Shown one piece after another: positions 35,464 to 45,913 of a DNA stretch of 64,000 nucleotides (the first letter of the stretch is position 1; every line of letters begins with the position of its first letter). The stretch spans positions 87,359-151,358 of the forward strand of contig PANM01000013.1 of NCBI GenBank assembly GCA_002708385.1, in the 5' to 3' direction. The DNA is from Methanobacteriota archaeon. GTDB lineage: Archaea; Thermoplasmatota; Poseidoniia; Poseidoniales; Thalassarchaeaceae. The translations under genes and the position numbers were made by a program. The notes below the pieces were generated by a model. It was given only the letters and a program-made list of their open reading frames with translations, made no database searches and was not told the origin of the DNA.

Positions 35464-37671
35464 TTAATCCGTGTAGTTTGCTTCAGTAGGAACTTCAGGC
35501 TTGAGGCCTTTTCGTTCTCTGATTTCACCGACTGTCTTTTCGAAAAGCGATGGTGGCAACATCTCAAAACCTGCATTTTCGGTATTCCAAACAGCCCTTC
35601 CTTGACTGGCGGCTCGAATATCGTTTGAGAATCCAAAAGTTTCCCCTACTGGCATTTTTCCGATAACAGAAGCAGTTCCACCATCCACCGGCATGTCTTC
35701 AATAATTCCTCGGCGATTTGTAACCTCTCGAGTAACCCCCCCAATCACATCATTTGGAGCGTCGACCCGTATGTTTTGCATTGGCTCTAGGATGACTGGA
35801 CGGGAACGAATGAGTGCACCCCTACAGGCATTTCTAACCGCTGGAATAGTTTGAGCTGGACCACGGTGAATTGCATCCTCGTGTAATTTTGCATCTACTA
35901 GTCTCATCATGACTCCCATCATTGGTTCTTCTGCTAGAGGGCCTTTCTTGCAGACTTCGTTGAATCCTTCAATAATCAACTCTCTTGTCTCGTGTAGGTT
36001 TTGAATACCTTTTGTGTCGTTAACTAGAACATTTGTTCCGTGAATAGCATATATTTTCCTCATCAAGTCTTTTGACATTCCGTATTCCGCGAATCGGTTC
36101 CCAATTTCTTTGGCATCCTTGTTTCTTACGGTTCCATCTCCAAATACACCCTCACGTAATGCTTGAATTACATCTGTGGGTAATGGTTCCGCTTCAATAT
36201 AAAATCTGTTGTGTCGATTAGGCGATTTTCCTTCAAAGGCCCGTCCATCATTGTTAGATTCGATTGATTCTCTGTAAACAACAATCGGTTCACTGACCTT
36301 TACTTTGATACCCTGTTCTTCTTCCAATCTATATACGGTGATTTCTAGATGTAACTCTCCCATCCCCGCAAGTAATGCTTCGCCGGTCTCTTGATTCGTA
36401 GACACTTGAAGTGATGCATCCGACTTAGCAAGACCTCTAAGTGCATCAATAAATTTCGGTAGGTCTTTCATAGCTTTTGGTTCGACGGCCACAGTAACTA
36501 CTGGTTCCGAATAGTGGCGTATTGCCTCGAAGGGTTCGGAATCTTTGTCTCTAGAAATTGTTACACCCGCTGCTGCACTTCGAATACCAGTAATTGCAGC
36601 TATATTTCCAGCGGTTACCGATGGGACTTGGATTCGATCTCCACCGACCATCATGGCAACTTGTTGCACTCGCTCTGCTTTTGCAGCCCCAATAGCCCAA
36701 AGAGATTCTCCGTGTTTTATTGATCCGGAGTAAACTCTTCCTACAGCGACTTCACCTGCGTGTGGGTCCATCCAAATTTTAGTTATCATCAGTGAAAGAG
36801 GTCCACCAGAGTCGCACTCCATCATAGCCTTGCCTTCTTCTGAATCGAGATCTCCTTGCCAGATGTTGGGGATTCTGTATTTTTGTGATTCTACTGGTGA
36901 AGGTAGAGTCTCCACAGCCATGTCGAGTAGAACTTTGTGGACCGGTGCCTTCTTTGCAAGACCGCGCTGGTCATCAGCCGCGCAATGCTCGAAAATATCT
37001 TTGAAATTTAATCCAGATTTTTGCATATAAGGAACTGACATCCCCCAGTTATAATATGCTGAGCCAAATGCTACTGTTCCATTCTGAACCGATACTTGCC
37101 ATTCCTTCCGGACATCTTCCGGAGCAAAAGTAGAGATCAAATTATTGACTTTAACAATGATTTTCTCAAACCGGGCCATCATTTCCGGACCATCTATTTG
37201 TAATTCATTGATTAAACGGTCTACCTTGTTAATAAACAGTACAGGCCTTACCTTCTCTTTCAATGCCTGACGGACTACAGTCTCAGTCTGAGGCATGGTA
37301 CCTTCAACAGCACATGCAAGGATTATACAACCATCTACAGCTCTCATAGCTCGAGTAACGTCACCGCCAAAATCGACGTGCCCTGGAGTATCAATTAGGT
37401 TGATGAGATAGTCATCTTCACCTACCAAGTGAACCATAGAAGCGCTTGCCGCATTGATAGTAATCCCCCGTGCTGATTCTTGTTCGTCGAAATCCAATAC
37501 TCTGGATTTACCGGCAAGGTCTTCGGACATCATACCTGCTCCGGCAATCAAGTTGTCGGAGAGTGTGGTTTTACCGTGGTCAATGTGTGCAGCGATTGCT
37601 AGATTCCTAATTCTGTCACGCATATGCATAACTTCTGTTGCTCTTGCAATATTGTCTTCCTTTCGGCCCAT
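35464..37671 (-). CDS. fusA: Translation elongation factor 2 (aEF-2)
   Basis: G1 AHIDHGKTT, DTPGHVDF, NKVDR, and the diphthamide-site region DAIHRGPAQTIP. Confidence 0.95.
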   Translation of the reverse strand: MGRKEDNIARATEVMHMRDRIRNLAIAAHIDHGKTTLSDNLIAGAGMMSEDLAGKSRVLDFDEQESARGITINAASASMVHLVGEDDYLINLIDTPGHVDFGGDVTRAMRAVDGCIILACAVEGTMPQTETVVRQALKEKVRPVLFINKVDRLINELQIDGPEMMARFEKIIVKVNNLISTFAPEDVRKEWQVSVQNGTVAFGSAYYNWGMSVPYMQKSGLNFKDIFEHCAADDQRGLAKKAPVHKVLLDMAVETLPSPVESQKYRIPNIWQGDLDSEEGKAMMECDSGGPLSLMITKIWMDPHAGEVAVGRVYSGSIKHGESLWAIGAAKAERVQQVAMMVGGDRIQVPSVTAGNIAAITGIRSAAAGVTISRDKDSEPFEAIRHYSEPVVTVAVEPKAMKDLPKFIDALRGLAKSDASLQVSTNQETGEALLAGMGELHLEITVYRLEEEQGIKVKVSEPIVVYRESIESNNDGRAFEGKSPNRHNRFYIEAEPLPTDVIQALREGVFGDGTVRNKDAKEIGNRFAEYGMSKDLMRKIYAIHGTNVLVNDTKGIQNLHETRELIIEGFNEVCKKGPLAEEPMMGVMMRLVDAKLHEDAIHRGPAQTIPAVRNACRGALIRSRPVILEPMQNIRVDAPNDVIGGVTREVTNRRGIIEDMPVDGGTASVIGKMPVGETFGFSNDIRAASQGRAVWNTENAGFEMLPPSLFEKTVGEIRERKGLKPEVPTEANYTD

Positions 37672-37773
37672 TTTCTCAACCTCTAGTTGGGCCGGCGACC
37701 TGACATCGGTTCATAAATCCGATTGTATCACTACGTGATACAAAACGAAAGTCCCCCGTGTTGGAAATTGCCA

Positions 37774-38388
37774 TCATCGTGCGGATGCTGCAATTCTTTC
37801 AATCTCATCTTTCTTACCAACAGCAAATGATGCGACATCACCCGCTGCGGCTTTATTGAGTTCGGAAATTATACCCTGAGTTAGAGTTCTAGTACTCTTT
37901 GCAGTGGCTGAAGTGCAGCCTACTGACAGATTCCTCAAAGCCACATCGAGCCTCCTACTTGGAGAGGAATCTACAGCCTTTGGTTGGCTCACAGCACCGA
38001 ACTTAATTCGTGTGGTTTCTTCACAGGGGGCGGAGTTTACTATTGCATTGATAAAATGTTGAAGTGGGTTCTCACCAGTTTTCTCGGCGATATTGTCGAG
38101 AGCTGATTCAAATGCTTTTGCACAATGTTGTTTTTTACCGCTAAATTTACCAGTTCTCATTAGATTATTGATGAATCTCTCAATTACAGATAGTTTTGAT
38201 TTACCAAACCATGCATTAGCATGCCTTCCTCCACTATGAGGGGTGCCTATTGTTGTTAGATTGATGTAGGGAGCTAAACCCGGGTCTCCGCATACAACTT
38301 CTTGTGCGTCCCATTTGCCAAATACCATTGTTCCGATACCGGCTATCGGTGCAGCTTGTTGTGGTTCGCTTTCTGTCATGAAAATCAC
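37774..38388 (-). CDS. rps7: Ribosomal protein uS7
   Basis: S7 family conservation, and the conserved S12-S7-EF2 order. Confidence 0.9.
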   Translation of the reverse strand: MIFMTESEPQQAAPIAGIGTMVFGKWDAQEVVCGDPGLAPYINLTTIGTPHSGGRHANAWFGKSKLSVIERFINNLMRTGKFSGKKQHCAKAFESALDNIAEKTGENPLQHFINAIVNSAPCEETTRIKFGAVSQPKAVDSSPSRRLDVALRNLSVGCTSATAKSTRTLTQGIISELNKAAAGDVASFAVGKKDEIERIAASAR

Positions 38389-38867
38389 CTGATCGGTTTT
38401 TCTTTTCGTCCACGAACCATCTCATCAAGAGAGACTCCGTTGACCTTGATAACCTTGAATCGGACTCCTGGCAAATCTCCGTATGAACGACCCATTCTAC
38501 CTCCAATTCCTTCGACGAGTACTTCATCGTGTTCGTCGATGAAAGAAATTGCTCCGTCCCCTGGTGCGAATGCGGTCAATTTGTTTCCTGTGCGAATTAG
38601 TGAAATCTTGACGGCCTTACGAATACCTGAGTTTGGTTGCTTAGCCTCAATTCCAACCTTTTCGATTACAATACCCTTAGCTTGAGTTGACCCTCGAAGG
38701 GGATCATGCTTGAGAACGCCTCCTTGGCGCCTCTTGTTTTCACGGTTCTTGAATTTCCTTTCGTTCCAACGGAACCTCTTACGATCCTTCTTCATTTTCG
38801 GTCCAGAGAACAAACCACGACCCAGTACAAACACCTCGAAGGAACGCCCCGCCGACCTACCCCCCAT
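38385..38867 (-). CDS. rps12: Ribosomal protein uS12
   Basis: [30 protein letters not shown] is the classic S12 core. I trimmed the start to the ATG at 38865-38867; the track ORF runs to 39014 on a non-ATG start. Confidence 0.85.
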   Translation of the reverse strand: MGGRSAGRSFEVFVLGRGLFSGPKMKKDRKRFRWNERKFKNRENKRRQGGVLKHDPLRGSTQAKGIVIEKVGIEAKQPNSGIRKAVKISLIRTGNKLTAFAPGDGAISFIDEHDEVLVEGIGGRMGRSYGDLPGVRFKVIKVNGVSLDEMVRGRKEKPIR

Positions 38868-38955
38868 ATAAGAGCGTGACGGACTCACCAAAGGTGTGGT
38901 GTATAGTGGCCAATCTTCACCAACATTCAAGCAGCAGTCGCGTCGGGTAGCAATC

Positions 38956-40227
38956 ATGGCCTTTAGGGACCTATTGGTAGGAGCTGTGGAAGTTGATGAC
39001 CCAATTAGTGTCAATCACGGAATGCTGAATCATTCTGAATTGATAAATCACAAGGCTGTAGTATTCAATAATATTCCAGAATCAGATGGCCTTAGGTCGG
39101 CAGTAAATGTCCTCGCTAGAGATCGTTTGTGCGAAATTTTCAATATTAGTCCAGGCGAATTAATCGATGTTCTTGCATGGGCTATGGCTAATCCTTCAGA
39201 ACCCCAATTAGTCGATTCAAATAATGCCCCTGTACTAGAAAATACTCAAGAATGTGTAGACCTCACAAAATTACCAATTCCATGGCACTACCCAGAAGAC
39301 AGAGGGCGATATCAATCCGCTTCTGTCATTATTGCTGAATATCAAGGTGTTAGAAATATGTCATTCCATCGGCAATTTCTTCGAGACGAAAATCATTGCG
39401 TGTCTAGATTTGTGCCAAGGCATCTAAGGACCATGACCGATAAAGCTAGGGCAAATGGAGAAGAAATTGACATTGCTGTAATTAATGGGCCGGACGCTAC
39501 TGTATTACTAGCCGCCGCAATGTCATTTACTCATGACTTAGATGAATTAACTGTTGCTGCAGCGTTGCACGAGAAATTACATGGTAAGCCACTGGAATTA
39601 GTCACATTATCCAATGGTATTGAGGTGCCAGCTGATTCGGAATATGCCATGGAAGCCAAAATTACATTGGCAGACGATGATGAAGGACCATATGTAGACA
39701 TCACTGGAACAGTAGACGATGTTAGGCAAGAACCAGTAATCCAATACGATGCAGTTCATCATAGAAACCAGGCTGTTTTCCACGCCCTTATTCCAGCAGA
39801 GGTTGAACATCGAACATTAATGGGTCTACCTAGGGCACCAACAATCAAAGCAGCGGTCAACGAAGTTGTGCCCTGTTCAGATGTATACATGACAGATGGC
39901 GGAAGCGGATGGTTGTCTGCAGTTGTTGCAATAGAACCCAAGAAAGACGGCGATGGCATGAAGGCAATCAAAGCTGCTCTACATGGTCATGGTTCTATGA
40001 AGCAGGTCACTGTTGTTGATACTGATATTGATTGTTCTAATCCGGTTCGGGTAGAATGGGCATTGATGACAAGATGGCAACCAGACAAAGATACTTTGAT
40101 TTTATCAAATCAAAAAGGCTCAAGTTTAGATCCATCTCGGGGAGAAGACGGGTTGACAAGTAAGATTGGAATCGATGCAACTCTACCTCCTGGAATAGAT
40201 CGTAAACCGTATCAAAGCGTATTATGA
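38956..40227 (+). CDS. UbiD-family (prFMN-dependent) decarboxylase
   Basis: An MAFRDL N-terminus like UbiD, with family conservation throughout. I trimmed the start to the ATG at 38956. Confidence 0.7.
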   Translation: MAFRDLLVGAVEVDDPISVNHGMLNHSELINHKAVVFNNIPESDGLRSAVNVLARDRLCEIFNISPGELIDVLAWAMANPSEPQLVDSNNAPVLENTQECVDLTKLPIPWHYPEDRGRYQSASVIIAEYQGVRNMSFHRQFLRDENHCVSRFVPRHLRTMTDKARANGEEIDIAVINGPDATVLLAAAMSFTHDLDELTVAAALHEKLHGKPLELVTLSNGIEVPADSEYAMEAKITLADDDEGPYVDITGTVDDVRQEPVIQYDAVHHRNQAVFHALIPAEVEHRTLMGLPRAPTIKAAVNEVVPCSDVYMTDGGSGWLSAVVAIEPKKDGDGMKAIKAALHGHGSMKQVTVVDTDIDCSNPVRVEWALMTRWQPDKDTLILSNQKGSSLDPSRGEDGLTSKIGIDATLPPGIDRKPYQSVL

Positions 40228-40236
40228 GGTAGTAAC

Positions 40237-41220
40237 ATGAGGACGGCCGATATCGGTGTAAGCCTCCAACATCCAAGAAGGAGCCTTGGTAACAGGTACA
40301 GAAGCCAAGCAGAGAAATTCTTCAAATTAAATGAAAAAGATATCACAAATTTGTCTTGGGCTGAACAGAGTGCTAGACAAGCAGTCTTACACGATTTTAC
40401 TCATCCAGACAATTGGAGAATTTTACTTGAAATCAAAGTATCATTGCACGATAATGAAGGTATACGGTCTGTACTGGATGAGGTGTTTCTAATCCTAGGA
40501 CGCGATCCCGAACTATTATCCCAAATTAACAAAGATAACTTGTTGGATTCAGCATCAAATTTACTTGAAGCCGCTTTATCAGTAGATCCATTAGATCCAG
40601 ATGATTGGTGGAATTTAACCATGAAAGAAGGAGGTGTTGAGGGTTTCTGTGAGAGAATACGACGGCTAGATTTCACTGACCCTCGTGCAAATATTTTATT
40701 TTCCAGAAGAATGGAAAGATTACTAGAACATGGATTTGAAGAGGAGTATCTTGATTTAACCAAGAAATTACTAGCCCAAAGACCCTCGAATCATGAAGCC
40801 TGGGATAGAATGGGTAAACTCCATGAAAGGAGAAATGAATATGACTTAGCCTGGTTTTGTTATGATCAAGCCCAAGCACATTCCACTAGCCTAAAATCTA
40901 GGGAAGAATTTAGAACAAGAATGGAAGACAAAATTGATGGGCGAACCACAAAACCATGGAAATCACCAGATATATCAGATAGAGTAGAGTTTCTCACCCG
41001 CATGCAATCTTTAGCCGAAAATAAACATCAAGATACGATTTCATCAATTGGTGAAAGCACCGAAGAACAAGGATTAACAGAATTACAAATCGCAGAAGAA
41101 TTGCTGACTAAAGACGGAATTTCTGAGGCATTCTTCATCGCTAGGCGTCTTGCAGCAGAAGGAGATTCGGAAGCTAAATCATTGGCGGAAAGAATTCAAG
41201 AGATGATGAGAAATGAATAG
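40237..41220 (+). CDS. Hypothetical alpha-helical protein (327 aa)
   Basis: It follows the UbiD gene after a 9-nt gap and overlaps the downstream Nudix gene by 8 nt. Confidence 0.4.
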   Translation: MRTADIGVSLQHPRRSLGNRYRSQAEKFFKLNEKDITNLSWAEQSARQAVLHDFTHPDNWRILLEIKVSLHDNEGIRSVLDEVFLILGRDPELLSQINKDNLLDSASNLLEAALSVDPLDPDDWWNLTMKEGGVEGFCERIRRLDFTDPRANILFSRRMERLLEHGFEEEYLDLTKKLLAQRPSNHEAWDRMGKLHERRNEYDLAWFCYDQAQAHSTSLKSREEFRTRMEDKIDGRTTKPWKSPDISDRVEFLTRMQSLAENKHQDTISSIGESTEEQGLTELQIAEELLTKDGISEAFFIARRLAAEGDSEAKSLAERIQEMMRNE

Positions 41221-41617
41221 CGAAACGAATTGGGTCGTTGTTTGGGCGGTTCCAACGCAAGAATTAGAAATGCCATGTTGGTTAATGGTTAGACATAAAG
41301 AACGTGGCTGGGAATTACCCGGTGGTTTAATGATAGAAAATGAAACGTATGATATTGCTGCATTAAGGGAACTTTATGAAGAGTCAGGACTTCTAGGTAT
41401 TGCAACAAATTTCGAAACTGATTTAGTCAAAGATGGTGTTGTGGTCAGAGTTATTGTTGACGAAGAACCACAGCCATACGGTTGGGATTCAAATGATGAA
41501 AAAATACTCGAAGTTGGTTGGTGTGTTGACATTCCCGCTGACTTATATTGGGGAGAAGAAGAGATTCAAAAAATAATCAATCATGATTGGAGCGCTTCTA
41601 GTAGTCTTTCGTCCTGA
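41213..41617 (+). CDS. Nudix hydrolase
   Basis: The Nudix box GGLMIENETYDIAALRELYEESGL fits Gx5Ex7REUxEExGU. Confidence 0.7.
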   Translation: MNSETNWVVVWAVPTQELEMPCWLMVRHKERGWELPGGLMIENETYDIAALRELYEESGLLGIATNFETDLVKDGVVVRVIVDEEPQPYGWDSNDEKILEVGWCVDIPADLYWGEEEIQKIINHDWSASSSLSS

Positions 41618-42531
41618 ATTTTATCCTTCTTTGTGCTTATCGTTTCAATCCAATTTTGATTATTTAGCATAATTGCAGCGTCGATTATCATTCCTAAATC
41701 ATTACGTTCAGTACCGCTCACATCTCTTGATAAAATCGGTATTATATTTTCTATCAATTCTACAACATCTAGTTTGTTGGAAGGTATCCAAGAAGAACCA
41801 GGGGAAGATCGAGGTTGAGCATTTTCAATTCTAACATCCATCCGTGGAGCATCATCTACAACTTCTTCCAAGGCTATATCTAACCATTCGAGGGAAGCTA
41901 CAAGTGATTCCGCCTCCATATTTGATTCGAGAAATAAATGCCTGGCAGTCCATAGGTGCCTCATTGCTGAATCTAGATCTTCCATTGATAACAAAATTCG
42001 ACCGACCTCTAAACGAGATAATCCTCTTATTTCATTGGGGAATCCTGATTCTTTGGTAATGTCAGCATGGACTGCTAAAGCCATCATAACCTCACCACGA
42101 TTACTGTGCCATGTAGCTTGATTTAGCATTGCAATACCATGCAAAGCCGAGTGGGGCGATATTGCATTGAGTCTTTCAGCACACCACCTTAGTTCTGCAC
42201 CAGAAACTTCCTGGCCCTCTAAGGCAAGTAGTGCACGTTCCATTCTAATTCTAACTTCACATTCTAAATCACGTTCCTCACCCGATCTAGAACGTTCCAA
42301 TAGTTCAGAACTTGTCACACTCGCGTTAGCAATATCTCCTTCCATCAACAAGCCCTGTAGCCCAATTAAATCTCGTTGAAGTGGAGTTAATAGAGTTAGA
42401 ATCTCATCGGGCCCAGGTATATTTTCTAAAATCATGCTTGATGCTATTAGAAAGATGGAATCCTTTGGTAGGTCAGAAATTTCAATTACCCCAAGATTTA
42501 ATTTTTCTAAGAGGAGTTTTATGTCATTCAT
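41581..42531 (-). CDS. Hypothetical helical protein (316 aa), last gene of the exosome/proteasome superoperon
   Basis: Intact ORF with no motif. Its 3' end overlaps the convergent Nudix gene by 37 nt. Confidence 0.35.
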   Translation of the reverse strand: MNDIKLLLEKLNLGVIEISDLPKDSIFLIASSMILENIPGPDEILTLLTPLQRDLIGLQGLLMEGDIANASVTSSELLERSRSGEERDLECEVRIRMERALLALEGQEVSGAELRWCAERLNAISPHSALHGIAMLNQATWHSNRGEVMMALAVHADITKESGFPNEIRGLSRLEVGRILLSMEDLDSAMRHLWTARHLFLESNMEAESLVASLEWLDIALEEVVDDAPRMDVRIENAQPRSSPGSSWIPSNKLDVVELIENIIPILSRDVSGTERNDLGMIIDAAIMLNNQNWIETISTKKDKIQDERLLEALQS

Positions 42532-42542
42532 TTTATCACTCC

Positions 42543-43517
42543 TTATGCTAGATTCGCCAATATAATTGATTCCAATTCAACTTCATCACAGATTCCTGAC
42601 CAACCGGCTGCACCAGGGTGCCCACCACCCTCTCCACCCAATCTATTGGCTAAATTTTCCATAAATTTACCCAAATCAATACCCTTTTTTGTAGCTGTTT
42701 GACTAGCCCTAGCACTTAATCTAACATTATCTGATTGTCTTTTGTAAACGAATGCAGCATGTGCTCCAGATGATAGTAAAGCGTGGGCAACTAATCCTTC
42801 ATTGGTACCAGCCCTAGTAATTGCAACCATAAATTCCCCAACCTCTGATATTTTAGAACGGGAGACTGCTTTGTGGATTGATATTCTTTGAGAGTGATTC
42901 AAATCTTCACTTTCCATTTTTTCTATAATGTCGACAGGGTTTACTCCGGATAATTCACTTATTTCGGACACTCTCTTATGGCAACCAGGCCTAGAATGCT
43001 TGAATCGACCAGTATCAGATATGATTGCTGACAAAAGGAGGGAACCCTGATTTGGGCTAGGTTCAAGATTTTCTAATTTCATCCACTCCCAAATCATTTC
43101 TGCAGTTGAAGAACAATCCCCAATTAACTCAAGGGTTTCTTTAGGCCAATCATCAGATGCAGCAGAGTGATGATCAACGACACAAATAGGGACGTCTGGG
43201 AGCCGGAAACCAACCTGACTAGGTGAAGCACAATCGACAATTATCAAACCGGCCAATGTGCGAGGAAAAACCGGTCTCTTTGGGTCAATGTGGAAGAAGT
43301 TATAGTCAACCTCATCGAGCATCTTTTTTGCCAAACCACCCATGTAAATACCACAAGTTTTGGAGTCCGCTGATATAGCAGAACATAGCACAATTCCAGA
43401 ACCAATGGTATCCATATCACCATTTTTATGAGTGATTATTGCTATTGGCCCATTTGAAGAATATTTTTCTAACCAATCACTCAATTGGGACATATCTATT
43501 GACATCAAAACCCTCAA
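42543..43517 (-). CDS. DHH/DHHA1 phosphoesterase (NrnA-like)
   Basis: DHH motifs HKNGDMDTIGS and VVDHH, with the C-terminal DHHA1 glycine-rich GGGHPGAAG. Confidence 0.7.
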   Translation of the reverse strand: MRVLMSIDMSQLSDWLEKYSSNGPIAIITHKNGDMDTIGSGIVLCSAISADSKTCGIYMGGLAKKMLDEVDYNFFHIDPKRPVFPRTLAGLIIVDCASPSQVGFRLPDVPICVVDHHSAASDDWPKETLELIGDCSSTAEMIWEWMKLENLEPSPNQGSLLLSAIISDTGRFKHSRPGCHKRVSEISELSGVNPVDIIEKMESEDLNHSQRISIHKAVSRSKISEVGEFMVAITRAGTNEGLVAHALLSSGAHAAFVYKRQSDNVRLSARASQTATKKGIDLGKFMENLANRLGGEGGGHPGAAGWSGICDEVELESIILANLA

Positions 43518-43820
43518 TCAATCAGCGTTTTCTGTGGCAACTTTGTACTCAGCAAGTAACTCTTCTTCTCTTTCGTTCAAATTACTTAGATGAGTTTCAA
43601 GTGTTTCTTTAGTTGATCCCAAATCATCCCCGAGGGATTCCCTATCTTCAACTTCCAATAGTACACCGCCAAGAGCACGGTAAACCGCCCTGTCTGGAGA
43701 TTGATTATTTAGCGCCTCTATAGTCAAGGATACCTCGTTGTATTGTGCTGTTAAAGATTGGATTTGGCTTCGAATAATCTGTAATTCTTGAACGATGCTT
43801 TGAAGTTGTTGTTGTTCCAT
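43518..43820 (-). CDS. pfdB: Prefoldin beta subunit
   Basis: About 100-aa coiled coil with central beta-hairpin motif YRALGGVLLEV. Its position matches the conserved archaeal superoperon. Confidence 0.6.
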   Translation of the reverse strand: MEQQQLQSIVQELQIIRSQIQSLTAQYNEVSLTIEALNNQSPDRAVYRALGGVLLEVEDRESLGDDLGSTKETLETHLSNLNEREEELLAEYKVATENAD

Positions 43821-43833
43821 GTAGGTTCACCCC

Positions 43834-44070
43834 TTACTCTACTGATTTTAATGCGTCGTGAGCAGCGGCAAGTCCTCTCATTACGGTATTCCAACGTGCT
43901 CTCATATCTACGAATAACGGCTCGAATTCTTCAACAATAATCATATCTTGGTTAAGACTAACTTCCGCTTCTGTAGTTAATGCAGCAAACAAAGAATTAG
44001 CATATTTGCTGGTGACTCGCAAAGATAAGTTGAGTGGTTCACTCTTCTTCATCGCTGACATTTTCTTCAC
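43834..44070 (-). CDS. Possible KEOPS subunit Pcc1
   Basis: About 78 aa, ending in the helix MRARWNTVMRGLAAAHDAL, which resembles the Pcc1 RAxxNSxLRWL pattern. It overlaps the 3' end of the L37ae ORF by 32 nt. Confidence 0.35.
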   Translation of the reverse strand: MKKMSAMKKSEPLNLSLRVTSKYANSLFAALTTEAEVSLNQDMIIVEEFEPLFVDMRARWNTVMRGLAAAHDALKSVE

Positions 44071-44413
44071 CAGCTAACTTGCGTTCGTATTCCAAGGCTG
44101 CTTGTTGAGCAATCACAGTCATGTCAGTGGCTGTGGCACCTTCCATGCCACGCCTGATTACTCGGGTATTGGCATCGGTAGCACGAGTAAATGGTTCCCA
44201 AACACCGCCTGAAAATTTATGACCGCATTTTTTGCATTCCCATATACCTGCTACTTGACGCGTTACCTTTTGGTAATGGCATACCGGACATGTATAATTT
44301 CGAGACTTCTTCTTTAGCGCTGCCCCTGCCCTTCTTCGTACACTTACACCATATCGTGAACCATACTTTGCAGTAGCACCGAGTTTTTGAGTTCTCTTTG
44401 CCATTTCACTCAC
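44039..44413 (-). CDS. rpl37ae: Ribosomal protein eL43 (L37ae) with acidic C-terminal extension
   Basis: Zinc ribbon CPVCHYQKV...CKKCGHKF is present. It is about 30 aa longer than usual, ending in EENVSDEEE. Confidence 0.8.
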   Translation of the reverse strand: MSEMAKRTQKLGATAKYGSRYGVSVRRRAGAALKKKSRNYTCPVCHYQKVTRQVAGIWECKKCGHKFSGGVWEPFTRATDANTRVIRRGMEGATATDMTVIAQQAALEYERKLAGEENVSDEEE

Positions 44414-45200
44414 CTTCTAATTTTTCGTTCACTAAATCTCGGAGTTCGGCACATCTTGAGCGGGCCTCATCCATGATGTCAGCGAATTCGGCGGCCGTGA
44501 AGATTCCCTTTAGACCCTTCTGCAATGAATGGACGTGATCATCATCACCCAAGGTTATGTGTATCCTTTCATCACCACCGAGTTCTTCTCTCTTGTCGGC
44601 ATCATATACAAATCTGCCACCGACCTTATGGTAAGAACACATTATAGGAGTCTTGGATACCTCTAATGGCATATCTTCTCCAACTTCAAATCTCTCAGCA
44701 GGGACAGTTGCACTGCGAAGAGCAGCAATTGCTGCAAGTCCAAATGCATCGAATAAATTACCATCATCCGATACTGCAAATACGTCAAGGATAACCTGCC
44801 AAGCTTTTTCTCCCGGAATGATGCACAAATCTTCGGTATTAATACAACCTGATTCCCTAATTCCCCTGTCCACAACTCGACCAAGTTCGATCGATTCGGC
44901 ACTAGGCGGTCCTGCTTCCCAATTTCTACCGGCTACCGGTCTGACTTCAGCACTGCACATGAGACCGCCTTCATTAGGTCGGTCGGGGTAAGGTGTCATG
45001 ATCTGAAATTTGACGCCAGCTAATACAATAGTGTCCCCCATTCTTACTCTAGCTGAACCCTCTGCACGTGGTAGACAATTGATTTCTAATTCTACATCTC
45101 GTCCTTCAAATCTCTGACGACCGTCATGCCTCTTGTCTTCGAGTGCTAATTCTGCTAGATGAGAGCGTAGTAATTTAGGCACTAATGGTATGCTCATCAT
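44406..45200 (-). CDS. rrp42: Exosome complex component Rrp42
   Basis: RNase PH-like fold at 264 aa, in the conserved order after Rrp41. Confidence 0.8.
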   Translation of the reverse strand: MMSIPLVPKLLRSHLAELALEDKRHDGRQRFEGRDVELEINCLPRAEGSARVRMGDTIVLAGVKFQIMTPYPDRPNEGGLMCSAEVRPVAGRNWEAGPPSAESIELGRVVDRGIRESGCINTEDLCIIPGEKAWQVILDVFAVSDDGNLFDAFGLAAIAALRSATVPAERFEVGEDMPLEVSKTPIMCSYHKVGGRFVYDADKREELGGDERIHITLGDDDHVHSLQKGLKGIFTAAEFADIMDEARSRCAELRDLVNEKLEGE

Positions 45201-45913
45201 TCATCGCCTCCCTTTAGCGCTCTAACCATCTCTTCATGTATCACCTTAGCAGCTTCCATATTGTAGTCCCATGCTTCTTGGAATTGTTCAGGAGATAAGT
45301 CTCCATCCATCTGTAAGAAAACTAATTCGCCAGTATTCGGCAAAATACCCATTGGTAGATCTGCTTCACCATAATTGTCCTCTTCTTTGTTGAGGTCACA
45401 AACTACTATGTCGTGAACTTTTCCACTAGCAACTGAAACCACCATATCAGTCATCGGAATTCCTGCATGAGCAAGGGCGACGGATGCTGCAGTTATTCCC
45501 GCACATCGTGTACCAGCTTCAGCACAAATAATCTCTATTTCAACTCGGATTTTACTTCTTGGATAAAGTTCCGTAAGTACAACACTCTCCAATGCTTCTG
45601 CAGTTACTTTCGAAATTTCTCTACTTCGGCGATTAAATCCAGGTCGGATTCTGTCAGTGGTTGAAAACGGCGCCATATTATACCGGACGTCTAAGACGGC
45701 CCTATCTTGCCGTTGGATCTTTCTCGGGTGGGCTTCCATTGGCCCGTATACTGCAGCAATGCAGTCATTCAGTCCCCAGCGAATTCTTGCTGAACCGTCG
45801 GCTACTGGAATAACTCCTGTTTCTATTGATACCGGACGAACCTCATCTTTTGTTCTACCATCTAGGCGTATTCCGTTATCATCTATACACTGTACATCTC
45901 CATATCCGCCCAT
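45197..45913 (-). CDS. rrp41: Exosome complex exonuclease Rrp41 (RNase PH family)
   Basis: RLDGRTKDEVRP, a phosphate-binding arginine motif, and GTRCAGITAASVAL. Confidence 0.85.
   Translation of the reverse strand: MGGYGDVQCIDDNGIRLDGRTKDEVRPVSIETGVIPVADGSARIRWGLNDCIAAVYGPMEAHPRKIQRQDRAVLDVRYNMAPFSTTDRIRPGFNRRSREISKVTAEALESVVLTELYPRSKIRVEIEIICAEAGTRCAGITAASVALAHAGIPMTDMVVSVASGKVHDIVVCDLNKEEDNYGEADLPMGILPNTGELVFLQMDGDLSPEQFQEAWDYNMEAAKVIHEEMVRALKGGDE

Noticed and set aside
38896-38955. 20-codon N-terminal extension of the UbiD ORF in the track
   Set aside because: It would overlap the uS12 5' region. UbiD homologs begin at the MAFRDL Met, so the extension is probably untranslated.
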